From positions 1 to 20,751 of the forward strand of contig JBMFRX010000020.1 of assembly GCA_049967855.1 (NCBI GenBank): a stretch of DNA of 20,751 bases. Reading direction: 5' to 3'. The DNA is from Caldisericaceae bacterium (GTDB lineage Bacteria > Caldisericota > Caldisericia > Caldisericales > Caldisericaceae). Shown here one piece after another: positions 1 to 8,975 of this stretch (positions within the stretch are counted from its first letter, which is position 1; each line of letters starts with the position of its first letter). Below the pieces are notes generated by a model. That model was not told the DNA's origin. It was given only the letters and a program-made list of their open reading frames with translations, and did not search any database. A program made the position numbers and the translations under genes.

Positions 1-2
1 AT

Positions 3-713
3 GTCATCGACTCATCTTTCATTCCAATTAATGACGGAGTAAAAGTGAATATCCTCGACGGGCTTGACAATGCTACAGAAGAAGCCTTTAATAGTATGCT
101 AAAGTATTTTGAAGAGCCCCCAGAAAATACCGTCAATATAATAATTGTAGAAAATGCCGACAATTTACCTGAAACTGTAAAGTCACGTTCCGTAGAAATA
201 AAGTTTAAATCGCTAACCCTTGAAGTGATTCGAGAACTTCTCGCTGCAAAAGGCCTTGATGAAGCTACAATTAACAGTATTTCACAACTGATGGGCGGGA
301 GCATGGACCAGCTTAAGCAATATTTAGACAAGGAAGTGCTTTCAAAGAGAAACATACTTATAGAGACGACGCTTGGTTTTTTGGCTAACGAGCGTAGCGC
401 AGCCGAGCTCATTGAGGCAATTAAGGGTTTCTATGGCAGGGATATTTCAAGAGAGTCTCTGTCTCTTTATCTTGAGGAGTTGCTAAAAGTTGTTTCAGAT
501 ATATTGCTTGTCTCTATGTCAAGAGAACCCGATAGAATTGTAAACGTAGACTTCTTAGGTTATATTGCAAATAAGTTTTATACTTTTGATATGAAAAAAA
601 TATACCGAATTTTTAGTGTTATTGAAAAGAGCAAAAAGTCACTCCTGACAAATGCTAATCCAAATTACATAGTTTTTTATACCGTATTTGGCATAAGCCA
701 AATTGTAAGCTAG
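3..713 (+). CDS. holB: DNA polymerase III subunit delta' (5' truncated by window edge)
   Basis: Frame is open from position 3 (VIDSSFIPINDGVKVNILD...). Clamp-loader motifs ILDGLDNATEEAFNSMLKYFEEPP and LPETVKSRS resemble the usual IIDEADxMTxxAANALLKTLEEPP and LLPTIRSRC. Lies upstream of ricT/yaaT, the Firmicutes order. Confidence 0.88.
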   Translation, partial: VIDSSFIPINDGVKVNILDGLDNATEEAFNSMLKYFEEPPENTVNIIIVENADNLPETVKSRSVEIKFKSLTLEVIRELLAAKGLDEATINSISQLMGGSMDQLKQYLDKEVLSKRNILIETTLGFLANERSAAELIEAIKGFYGRDISRESLSLYLEELLKVVSDILLVSMSREPDRIVNVDFLGYIANKFYTFDMKKIYRIFSVIEKSKKSLLTNANPNYIVFYTVFGISQIVS

Positions 714-750
714 ATAGATTTGAATGACTAATAGAGAGGCAATTTAAAAT

Positions 751-1494
751 ATGAATGTTAAAGAAAATATTATGCTTGTATCGCTCTTGTTGCGGAAAGA
801 TGCAAGAAACTACTACTTCACAAAACCAGACTTTCTACTGAAGCCAGGACAGCTTGTAATAATTGAGAACAACAATCTGCTAAATCTTGGAAAAATCGTT
901 AGCCCTCTCATAAAAATGGATGTTTCAACCTGGGATAGGATAAGAGAAAAACAATCTCAGGGTCACATACTAAGGGTAGCTAACGAGCATGATATTGCAT
1001 TTTTCAACAAGCTTACTGAAAAGGAAAACGCGGCTTTCAAATCTTGCAAAGAGAAAATAGCAAACCATAATCTGCCAATGCATCTTATAGAAGCAATGTG
1101 GGACGAAAATGAAAAGAAATACATCTTCTATTTCACTGCCGACTCGAGAATAGACTTTAGAGAGCTTGTAAAAGACCTTGCAGCAACTTTCAATGCAAGA
1201 ATCCAGCTTTGGCAAGTAGGAGCACGCGATGCAATGCGATTCTTTGGCGGTTTAGGACCTTGTGGCTATCCTACCTGCTGCACCACATTCCTAAAAGATA
1301 TTGAGGCGGTGGAGCTTTCTTATGCAAGAATGCAGAATTTACCAATGAATGCTACAAAATTGACTGGAGCCTGCGGAAAGCTTGTGTGCTGTTTGAGGTA
1401 CGAGCTTAAAAAAGACCAGGTTATAAAGCCAGAAGAAATAATAAAGAGTATCCCAATACTTGGAGATGCCAATGATGACGAAGAAAATTATTAG
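751..1494 (+). CDS. ricT: PSP1-domain Fe-S protein, RicT/YaaT family
   Basis: FYFTADSRIDFRELVKDLA, QVGARD, GPCGYPTCC and GACGKLVCCLRYE are PSP1 C-terminal Cys motifs; follows holB. Confidence 0.9.
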   Translation: MNVKENIMLVSLLLRKDARNYYFTKPDFLLKPGQLVIIENNNLLNLGKIVSPLIKMDVSTWDRIREKQSQGHILRVANEHDIAFFNKLTEKENAAFKSCKEKIANHNLPMHLIEAMWDENEKKYIFYFTADSRIDFRELVKDLAATFNARIQLWQVGARDAMRFFGGLGPCGYPTCCTTFLKDIEAVELSYARMQNLPMNATKLTGACGKLVCCLRYELKKDQVIKPEEIIKSIPILGDANDDEENY

Positions 1495-2014
1495 AATCGG
1501 ATTAATTGGCCAGTCTGACAGGCCCTGGGAGCCAGCACCTAAAAAAATAAAAATGCTTGCCTATCAAGTTGGTTATCTAATAGGCAAAGAGGGCTGGATG
1601 CTCTTTAACGGAGGCCGCGATGGTGTAATGGAATCATCTGCCAAAGGCTGCCACAATGCAAACGGAATTACGGTTGGTATTCTTCCAAGCCTTGATTCGA
1701 GCGAGGCAAATAAATATGTAGACATACCAATTACTACTGGCTTGGGAATTGGTCTTCGTTCAGAATTAATGATTCATACTGTTGACGCAGTCGTAATGGT
1801 AGGTGGGAAAAATGGAACTCTACTTGAATTGACTTCTGCTTACCTGAATAAAAAACCAATAGTGATTCTGAAAGGCACAGGAGACTTTGCCGATTCAATC
1901 TCATCAATACTTTTTGAAGGTAAATTCCTTGATTCACGCAAAAATGTCGAGATACAATTTGCGGATACTCCAGAGCAAGTAATCGAATTACTGAAAAAAG
2001 ACCTGAATATATGA
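1472..2014 (+). CDS. TIGR00725 / LOG (SLOG superfamily) Rossmann-fold protein, putative nucleotide phosphoribohydrolase
   Basis: Motifs GGRDGVMESSAKG, VGILP, TGLGIGLR and GGKNGTLLEL (variant of PGGxGTxxE). Start placed at ATG 1472, 6 nt after GGAG (1462-1465). Confidence 0.82.
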   Translation: MMTKKIIRIGLIGQSDRPWEPAPKKIKMLAYQVGYLIGKEGWMLFNGGRDGVMESSAKGCHNANGITVGILPSLDSSEANKYVDIPITTGLGIGLRSELMIHTVDAVVMVGGKNGTLLELTSAYLNKKPIVILKGTGDFADSISSILFEGKFLDSRKNVEIQFADTPEQVIELLKKDLNI

Positions 2015-5000
2015 AGCCTGAAACTCTAACTCTGAAAGGCTTTCTGAGTTATAGGCAGAAAGAAACTCTTGATTTTTCAAAATTTCATATCGCGCTTGTA
2101 AGCGGAGACAATGGCAATGGGAAATCATCTTTGCTGGACGGCATAACATTTGCCTTGTATAGCATGGCTCGAGGTGTCGAAGGGAACAAGAGAGGTCTTC
2201 AAGACATCGTATCGAATGGAGATACACGCTTAAGTGTGGAACTCACTTTCGAGCAAAACGAAAACATTTACAGAATAGTGAGAACGTATGACAAGGTAAA
2301 AAGCACGTCTAACGTAATTCTTGAAATTCAACGAGAGGGTAATTTTATAAACATTTCGGAAAATTCTCTTAGAGAAACTGATGAGAAAATAAGAAGCATA
2401 CTAAGGATGGATTATGATACTTTTCTGACATCTTCTTTCATAATGCAAGGCAAATCAGACTATTTCACATCAAAGAATCCAACAGAAAAAATTGAGATAC
2501 TTAGACAAATGCTTATGTTGGATATCTATGAAAATGCCCGCGAAATTGCAAGAGAAGAAATAAAAGAAATAAACATAGAGACCAAGAACTTGTCACAGAG
2601 GCTCGAAGAAATCAAAGTAAAAATTCAAGAAAAAGAAGATTTATCGTTGAAAATGCAGAATATTGCAACTGCTCTGAATGCAGAAAATAAAGAACTCACC
2701 GCTCTAAAAGACAAAGCCGAAACTATCAATCAAAAACTCCTGGAAAAAAAGTCTTTGACCGAGAAAATTAACAATTCAAACGTAAACATAAACAGACTCT
2801 CAAAAGAACTTTCTGGAATACGTGCCCAGATTGGAGAGAGGGCAAAAGAAAGAGAAGATTTGCTTAACATATTACAGTCACAAGAGGAAATTAAAAAAGG
2901 GTTTAGTCAACTTCTTGAGGTCAAGAACAAACTCTCAGAACTCATTGAAAAATCACTTGAAGTTGAAAAAATGAGGCGTGAAAGGGATAATTTGCAAGCT
3001 ATCCTAGAGAAGGAAATTTCCTCAAGAACACAGGAATACGACCAAAACGAAAGACACCTCAAAGAACTTGAAACAGAATTGAGACAATTGAATTCAGCAA
3101 AGGTCGCACAAGAAAAAGATTTGCAAGCTGCACAATCTGAAAGGCAATTAGTTGATACTAAACAGCAAGAGATATCAAATGAAATCGACTCTTTAAAAAC
3201 CAAACTCGAAGAGATGAGAACAAAAATAAGCATAATTCCTTCGCTTGAAGCCAGGCTAAAAGAAATTGAAAGCATAAAAAAGGAACGAGAGAATTCTCTC
3301 AAAGAAGAAGAAAAGTCTCTCAAGGAAAAGATTAAGAATATTGAGGAACAGATAAAAAAGACTGATTTTGAAAAAATTGAAGCGGCTTTTAAAGAACTCG
3401 ATAGTTCGCTGAATACTGCTTTCGAAAAAATGACAAAGTCTAAAGAGCTCTCTAACAAGAAGATGCTTACAGAAAAAGACGTAGAAACTCTTTCAAATAG
3501 CATAAATGAATTAAAGGAGAAGGTAGATTTGCTTAATTCAGAGCGCATAGGTCATTGTCCCCTGTGCGGAGCAGAGCTTACTCAGGAACATAAAAAATCA
3601 CTGTTGAACGACTTCGATAAAGAAATCATAGAGAAACAGGGAAGACTTTCAATTTTGAGGGAGAAGATTGCTCAAATTAGCGAAGAGCTTGACAAGTATA
3701 AAATCTTCAACGAAGATAAGTATTCAAATATCAAAAAACTAAGGGATGCAGCAAATGCAAAACTTGAAAAAACAAGAGAAGAGCTTGCAAGCTTGAATAA
3801 AAATAAAAAAGAACTTAATGACAAGCTAAACGATATAGAAACAAAGCTCAACAATCTTTTGAGCCTTGATGAGCAAAAAGAAATAAAGGATATCCACAAG
3901 AGATTGGAGGAATTTCAGCCAACCATTCAGTCAGTTGAAGAGTTTGAAAAAAGAGAGCTTGCTCTTAACGAGCAATTCAAGAAAAGCGAAGCAGATTCAA
4001 AAGAAATATCAGAAAAGATTATTTCCTTCAAAGCTAAGCTTTCCTCATTAACTGAAAATATTTCTTCAAGAGAACAAGCTATACAGAAAATTGCTGAAAG
4101 AAACTTGACTATAGAGAAAGAATTAAAAGACCCTTCATTTATGAAAGATGTCAAAATGAGAATTGCGGAACTTGCGAGGGGAATAGAAGAAGGGGGAGTT
4201 AACGAAGATGAACTTAAAAAAACTCGCAACCTCAAGGAAGAATTGTCACCATACGAGAAAAAATACGATAAATTGAAAGAGGCTAATGTAAAAATTACTG
4301 AGATTGAAAGATTTCTGGACGAGAACAAAAATAAGTCCGAAGAAATCGTTAGCGAAATTGCAAACGAAAAAAAACAGCTTGAGAACTTTAAAGATTCAAT
4401 TAATTCACTAGAAGGGATTGAAGAAGAGTACAATGCAATTAAAAATGAAATAAAAATAAAAGAGGAGTCTGCAAGGAAAATAAATGAAGAGAAGGTGAGA
4501 CTCGAAGAGAAAATGAAAGAAATAGAGAAAATTGAAAAACAATCAAAAGATATAAACAATAATTTAATTGAAGATGAAGAAAAGAGACACATTTTAGAAA
4601 TTTGCTCAGATATGTTTGGCAAAGAAGGCATACCTATAGCCATCATTCGGAGTATTCTCCCACAAATAGAGAGTTTTTCAAATGATCTGCTCTTAAGGAT
4701 GACCGACGGAAGAATGCAAGTAAAGTTTCAAACCATCAAAGACAGTAAGACTGGAGAAAAAAGCACTCTTCAAATTGACGTTTATGATAACGGGCAACGA
4801 AGACGGTATGAGTTATTTAGTGGAGGAGAGCAGTTCAGAATAAACCTGGCAATTAGAATAGGAATTTCTCTGTTTCTATCAGCTGCGGCAAATGCACCTC
4901 TTGAAACTCTAGTCATTGATGAAGGATTTGGAAGCCAGGATGAGTCAGGAAAAGAAAGCATTCTCTACGAAATAAACTCCATCAAGGACAAGTTTAAGAA

Positions 5001-5100
5001 AGTTCTTATCATCACTCACGTTGGCGACATAAAAGAAAACTTTCCATACGAAATTAGAGTCATAAAGGACGAAAACGGTTCTCACTTGACAGTTTTTTAG
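2011..5100 (+). CDS. sbcC: Rad50/SbcC-family SMC-like ATPase
   Basis: Walker A GDNGNGKSS, Q-loop FIMQG, long coiled coils, central zinc hook CPLCG, signature FSGGE, Walker B/D-loop LVIDEGFGSQD, H-loop ITH. ATGA overlap with the upstream gene. Confidence 0.88.
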   Translation: MKPETLTLKGFLSYRQKETLDFSKFHIALVSGDNGNGKSSLLDGITFALYSMARGVEGNKRGLQDIVSNGDTRLSVELTFEQNENIYRIVRTYDKVKSTSNVILEIQREGNFINISENSLRETDEKIRSILRMDYDTFLTSSFIMQGKSDYFTSKNPTEKIEILRQMLMLDIYENAREIAREEIKEINIETKNLSQRLEEIKVKIQEKEDLSLKMQNIATALNAENKELTALKDKAETINQKLLEKKSLTEKINNSNVNINRLSKELSGIRAQIGERAKEREDLLNILQSQEEIKKGFSQLLEVKNKLSELIEKSLEVEKMRRERDNLQAILEKEISSRTQEYDQNERHLKELETELRQLNSAKVAQEKDLQAAQSERQLVDTKQQEISNEIDSLKTKLEEMRTKISIIPSLEARLKEIESIKKERENSLKEEEKSLKEKIKNIEEQIKKTDFEKIEAAFKELDSSLNTAFEKMTKSKELSNKKMLTEKDVETLSNSINELKEKVDLLNSERIGHCPLCGAELTQEHKKSLLNDFDKEIIEKQGRLSILREKIAQISEELDKYKIFNEDKYSNIKKLRDAANAKLEKTREELASLNKNKKELNDKLNDIETKLNNLLSLDEQKEIKDIHKRLEEFQPTIQSVEEFEKRELALNEQFKKSEADSKEISEKIISFKAKLSSLTENISSREQAIQKIAERNLTIEKELKDPSFMKDVKMRIAELARGIEEGGVNEDELKKTRNLKEELSPYEKKYDKLKEANVKITEIERFLDENKNKSEEIVSEIANEKKQLENFKDSINSLEGIEEEYNAIKNEIKIKEESARKINEEKVRLEEKMKEIEKIEKQSKDINNNLIEDEEKRHILEICSDMFGKEGIPIAIIRSILPQIESFSNDLLLRMTDGRMQVKFQTIKDSKTGEKSTLQIDVYDNGQRRRYELFSGGEQFRINLAIRIGISLFLSAAANAPLETLVIDEGFGSQDESGKESILYEINSIKDKFKKVLIITHVGDIKENFPYEIRVIKDENGSHLTVF

Positions 5101-5140
5101 ATTGATAATTGATCTGCACGAAACGATCGAACATTATGTA

Positions 5141-5168
5141 TTTACAATCTGATGTTTTGAGCTATAAT
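5141..5168 (+). promoter_or_regulatory. Putative sigma70/sigmaA promoter for the L,D-transpeptidase and gamma-CA genes
   Basis: TTTACA (5141-5146), 16 nt spacer, TATAAT (5163-5168), within the intergenic gap. Confidence 0.6.
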
Positions 5169-5203
5169 TTATTTACAAGCAAAAATGGAGGAAAGAAGCT
5201 GAA

Positions 5204-5737
5204 ATGAAAAAAATACTATTAGCACTTATAGTAATCTCTATAATTTTGATGCCGCAGTTGGCATTAGGTAGCACGCAAAAGATTGTTGTAAATAAGGCCT
5301 ATCACCTTTTATATGTTGAGAGCGGTTCAAATATCGACAGAGTTATCCCAGTTTGCATTGGCGAAGGAGGAGAAAGCGAGACTCCCACAGGGCAATACAC
5401 AATAGCAAGCATAGTCAAAAATCCAACCTGGTATTTTGAAGGTAAGACTTACTCCCCCTATATTTATGATAAGGGTAATGGGCTTGGCGTTGTATGGATG
5501 GGAATTTCCTTGCCCTCATACGGCTTGCATGGGACAAACGAGCCTTTCTCAATTGGGGGAAACTTTTCTCACGGGTGCGTAAGAATGGAAAACACTGATG
5601 TGCAATTTCTTTCAAGCATCTCTTTCATTGGGGAGAATGTTGAGATAAAAGAAGGAACAGGCGACCAAATAGCAAAACATCTTAAAACAATCAATGCTCT
5701 ATATTCCTTAATGAACGTGCTAAATGGAGCAAAATGA
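5204..5737 (+). CDS. Secreted L,D-transpeptidase (YkuD domain)
   Basis: Signal peptide MKKILLALIVISIILMPQLALG; ETPTGQY, NPTW and catalytic YGLHGT...SHGCVRM motif. Confidence 0.88.
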   Translation: MKKILLALIVISIILMPQLALGSTQKIVVNKAYHLLYVESGSNIDRVIPVCIGEGGESETPTGQYTIASIVKNPTWYFEGKTYSPYIYDKGNGLGVVWMGISLPSYGLHGTNEPFSIGGNFSHGCVRMENTDVQFLSSISFIGENVEIKEGTGDQIAKHLKTINALYSLMNVLNGAK

Positions 5738-5750
5738 CAGGAGGAAAGAT

Positions 5751-6260
5751 ATGATAATATCGTTTGATGGCAAGAAGCCTAAAATATCGGAAAAAGCTTT
5801 CGTAGCAGAAACAGCGGTAATAATTGGCAACGTCACTATAGAAGAAGGGGCAAGCATCTGGTTTGGAGCAGTTTTGAGAGGAGATATTGCTCCAATTGTA
5901 ATAGGAAAGAACAGCAACATACAGGATAACACCGTAATTCATGTGGACACAGGCGTGCCTTGCATAATAAAGGATTTTGTTACCGTAGGGCATAATGCCA
6001 TTATTCACTCAGCCACCATAGGAAGCAACACGCTCATAGGTATGGGCGCAACAGTACTTTCTCTTACAGAGATTGGAAGCAACTCTATCGTTGGAGCAAA
6101 TGCGCTGGTTACCGAAAACTCCAAAATTCAAGAACGTTCTCTACTGTTAGGCATTCCTGCAAAGATAGTAAGGTCAATCAGAGATGAAGAAATCAAAGAA
6201 ATCAAAGAAAATGCAATGCATTATGTAGAGCTTGCAAAAAAATACCGACAAAACTCATAA
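5751..6260 (+). CDS. Gamma-carbonic anhydrase family hexapeptide-repeat protein (YrdA/PaaY-like)
   Basis: SIWFGAVLRGD, NIQDNTVIH and TVGHNAIIH supply three Zn-ligand His. AGGAGG (5739-5744) supports ATG 5751 over 5724. Confidence 0.9.
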   Translation: MIISFDGKKPKISEKAFVAETAVIIGNVTIEEGASIWFGAVLRGDIAPIVIGKNSNIQDNTVIHVDTGVPCIIKDFVTVGHNAIIHSATIGSNTLIGMGATVLSLTEIGSNSIVGANALVTENSKIQERSLLLGIPAKIVRSIRDEEIKEIKENAMHYVELAKKYRQNS

Positions 6261-6339
6261 TACAATAAAAAAATCTGCTTAAGCATAACAAAAAGGACAT
6301 CTATTCAAAGCCTTTTCAAATCAAACTCTATACAAAGAC

Positions 6340-6369
6340 TTGACAATATTCTGTAAAATCGTATATTAT
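6340..6369 (+). promoter_or_regulatory. Putative sigma70/sigmaA promoter for tRNA-Ala and leuS
   Basis: TTGACA (6340-6345), 18 nt spacer, TATTAT (6364-6369), ending 8 nt before the tRNA. Confidence 0.7.
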
Positions 6370-6377
6370 AAGGCAGT

Positions 6378-6453
6378 GGGGCTATAGCTCAGTTGGGAGA
6401 GCGCCTCCTTGGCGTGGAGGAGGTCAGGGGTTCAACTCCCCTTAGCTCCACCA
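6378..6453 (+). tRNA. tRNA-Ala (anticodon GGC)
   Basis: 76-nt cloverleaf: acceptor stem GGGGCTA/TAGCTCC with the G3:U70 Ala identity pair and A73; D arm GCTC/GAGC; anticodon stem CCTCC/GGAGG with loop TT-GGC-GT; T arm AGGGG-TTCAACT-CCCCT; encoded CCA. Confidence 0.97.
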
Positions 6454-6470
6454 GATTATTTAAAGAGAAA

Positions 6471-8930
6471 ATGGAAGAAAAATTTGATTACCTGGATATC
6501 CAGGATAAGTGGCAAAAGTATTGGGAAGAAAACAGTCTCTACGAGGCAAAAGACTTTGACTCAAAGCCAAAGTATTATATACTCGTTATGTTTCCTTACC
6601 CTTCAGGCTCGGGGCTTCATGTTGGCCACGGCCGAAACTTCATACCTGCCGACGTTGTTGCGCGATTCAAGAGAATGCAAGGTTTTAACGTGTTACACCC
6701 AATAGGTTATGATGCGTTTGGTTTGCCTGCAGAAAACTACGCTATAGAAAACGGCATAAACCCTAAAGTAAGCACCGAGAATAATATAAGGAACTTCAGA
6801 AGGCAACTTAAGATGCTTGGTTTATCATATGACTGGCAAAGAGAATTTGCCACTTCTGATGTTTCCTATTACAAGTGGACGGAGTGGTTCTTTGAGCTCT
6901 TGTTCAAGAGGGGCCTCGCCTACCAGGATACAAGCTACCAGTGGTGGTGTCCACATTGTAAGACAGTGCTTGCAAATGAGCAGATAATCGACGGAAAGTG
7001 CTGGCGTTGCGGCACTCCTGTCGTCAGAAAAGAACTCAAAGAGTGGTTCTTTAAGATTACTGATTATGGGGACCGTTTAGCAGAAGACCTTAATAAAATT
7101 GACTGGCCAGAACGAATCAAATCAATGCAGAAGAATTGGATTGGCAAAAGCATTGGAGCAGAAGTTGTATTCAAGGCTATATCACAAGATGGCAAATCAT
7201 ACGATATACCTGTTTTTACGACAAGAGTTGACACAATATTTGGGGTTACATTTATTGCAATCGCGCCAGAACATCCACTATTGCAAGAACTTACCTACAA
7301 AGATAAAAAGGAAGAAGTAGATAAATATGTTACTGAAGCGATGAGCAAAGTTGAAATTGATAGATTATCTCAGGAAAAGGAAAAGACAGGACTTTTTATT
7401 GGAAGTTATGCCATCAATCCTTTGACCCAAGAGAGAATACCAATTTATGTTGGAGACTATGTTGTTTACTCATATGGCACAGGTGCGGTTATGGGTGTTC
7501 CTGCGCATGATGAAAGAGACTTTGCTTTTGCTAAAAAATACAATCTCCCTGTAAAAGTTGTGATAAAAGGAAATTCTGGAGAAATACCAACCGATGAAGC
7601 ATTCACTGAAGACGGAATACTCATAAATTCAGGGGTTTTCACTGGAGAAAGTAGTGAAGTAGCAAGAGAAAAAATAACCGATTACCTCAAGACTAACAAC
7701 ATAGGAAAACCCGTTGTAAGATACAAAATGAGAGACTGGCTAATCTCAAGACAAAGATACTGGGGTGCTCCAATTCCTGTAATACATTGTCCTGAACATG
7801 GGGCAGTGCTTGTTCCAGAAAACGAACTTCCTGTAATTTTGCCCGACGAGGTTGATTTTACTCCACGTGAAACTGGTGAATCGCCTCTTGCAAATGATCC
7901 CAATTTTGTAAATACCGTTTGTCCGATTTGCGGTAAACCATCAAAAAGAGAGACCGACACTCAAGATGGATTTGCTTGCTCATCATGGTATTTCCTGAGA
8001 TACGCTGACCCAAAAAATGATGAGGCGCCTTTCGAAAAAGACAAGATAGATTATTGGTTACCAGTAGATCTTTACATTGGTGGTGCAGAGCACGCGGTTA
8101 TGCATCTACTTTACGCACGATTTTATACTAAGGTAATGCACGATGCAGGACTAATTGACTTCGATGAACCATTTAAGAAGCTCTTAAACCAGGGAATGAT
8201 ACTTGGCGCAGACCACCAAAAAATGAGCAAGTCCAGAGGAAATGTTGTGAATCCCGATGATGTCGTCAGAGACTATGGAACAGATACACTAAGAGCTTAT
8301 ATGCTTTTTATTGGACCACTTGAAAGCGATGCTCCCTGGAGTACAGAAGGAATAAACGGGGTTTACAGATTTGTGAGAAGAATGTGGAATCTTTTTGTTA
8401 GCTGTGCAAACAACAATCCTTCTGAAATTTCAGAACTCGAAAAAGATATCGAAATACAAACCGACAAAATGGTCCAACATATCACAAATCAGATAGAGAA
8501 TTTCAAATTCAATACTATGGTAAGCAGCTTTATGGAATGGCTAAATTACCTGCAGAAAATGCGAGATGAAAATCCAAATATAGACAAAACAAAAACTTAC
8601 AGAAAGTCTCTTGAGACTTTTATCAAAATGATTGCTCCTGCAATGCCCTTTGTTTCTGAAGAGCTTTGGCACAGATTTGGACACAATACAAGTGTGCACA
8701 CAGAAAACTGGCCAAAGGCAATGGGATTATTTAAAGAGGAAAATCTTATAATTCCTGTGCAGGTAAATGGTAAACTAAGAGAAAGAATTGAAGTTCCTGT
8801 TGATTCAAGCGAGGATTATGTAGTCGGGATTGCAAAAGACTCTTCAAAGATTAAATCTTTGAACATCGATTTTGATAAAGCCAAATTTATTTTCGTAAAG
8901 AATAGGCTTCTAAACATAGTGATTAAATAG
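6471..8930 (+). CDS. leuS: Leucine--tRNA ligase
   Basis: MFPYPSGSGLHVGH (HIGH motif), CP1 editing motifs VFTTRVDT and GTGAVMGVPAHDERD, DWLISRQRYWG, KMSKS. True start is ATG 6471, downstream of the tRNA. Confidence 0.97.
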   Translation: MEEKFDYLDIQDKWQKYWEENSLYEAKDFDSKPKYYILVMFPYPSGSGLHVGHGRNFIPADVVARFKRMQGFNVLHPIGYDAFGLPAENYAIENGINPKVSTENNIRNFRRQLKMLGLSYDWQREFATSDVSYYKWTEWFFELLFKRGLAYQDTSYQWWCPHCKTVLANEQIIDGKCWRCGTPVVRKELKEWFFKITDYGDRLAEDLNKIDWPERIKSMQKNWIGKSIGAEVVFKAISQDGKSYDIPVFTTRVDTIFGVTFIAIAPEHPLLQELTYKDKKEEVDKYVTEAMSKVEIDRLSQEKEKTGLFIGSYAINPLTQERIPIYVGDYVVYSYGTGAVMGVPAHDERDFAFAKKYNLPVKVVIKGNSGEIPTDEAFTEDGILINSGVFTGESSEVAREKITDYLKTNNIGKPVVRYKMRDWLISRQRYWGAPIPVIHCPEHGAVLVPENELPVILPDEVDFTPRETGESPLANDPNFVNTVCPICGKPSKRETDTQDGFACSSWYFLRYADPKNDEAPFEKDKIDYWLPVDLYIGGAEHAVMHLLYARFYTKVMHDAGLIDFDEPFKKLLNQGMILGADHQKMSKSRGNVVNPDDVVRDYGTDTLRAYMLFIGPLESDAPWSTEGINGVYRFVRRMWNLFVSCANNNPSEISELEKDIEIQTDKMVQHITNQIENFKFNTMVSSFMEWLNYLQKMRDENPNIDKTKTYRKSLETFIKMIAPAMPFVSEELWHRFGHNTSVHTENWPKAMGLFKEENLIIPVQVNGKLRERIEVPVDSSEDYVVGIAKDSSKIKSLNIDFDKAKFIFVKNRLLNIVIK

Positions 8931-8975
8931 ATGCAGTAAGAAACAACTATACATAACTTATAAGGAGTGATTAAA

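Noticed and set aside
3295..3330. Short tandem repeats in coding DNA (SLKEEEKSLKEK here; IKEIKE near 6190-6210)
   Set aside because: Two-copy coiled-coil or helical low-complexity repeats; not a CRISPR array or VNTR.
2907..4646. Long Ser/Phe/Leu-rich antisense ORFs (2907-3548, 3672-3899, 3927-4646)
   Set aside because: They are shadows of the Glu/Lys-rich coiled-coil codons of sbcC and carry no recognisable motifs.
2011..5100. Condensin Smc or a Wadjet/Lamassu-type defence SMC
   Set aside because: A CPLCG zinc hook instead of a hinge indicates Rad50/SbcC; no JetABD or Lamassu effector genes are adjacent, and the context is housekeeping.
5128..5141. Possible LexA box CGAACATTATGTAT downstream of sbcC
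   Set aside because: Only the GAAC half matches GAAC-N4-GTTC, and it is not upstream of a repair gene.
5185..5202. Mini-ORF MEERS* ending 1 nt before the L,D-transpeptidase ATG
   Set aside because: It has no SD of its own and most likely arises from the ATGGAGG SD sequence.
6393..6470. N-terminal extension of LeuS (MGERLLGVEEVRGSTPLSSTR...) in the ORF track
   Set aside because: It is a translation of the tRNA-Ala gene; LeuS homology starts at ATG 6471.
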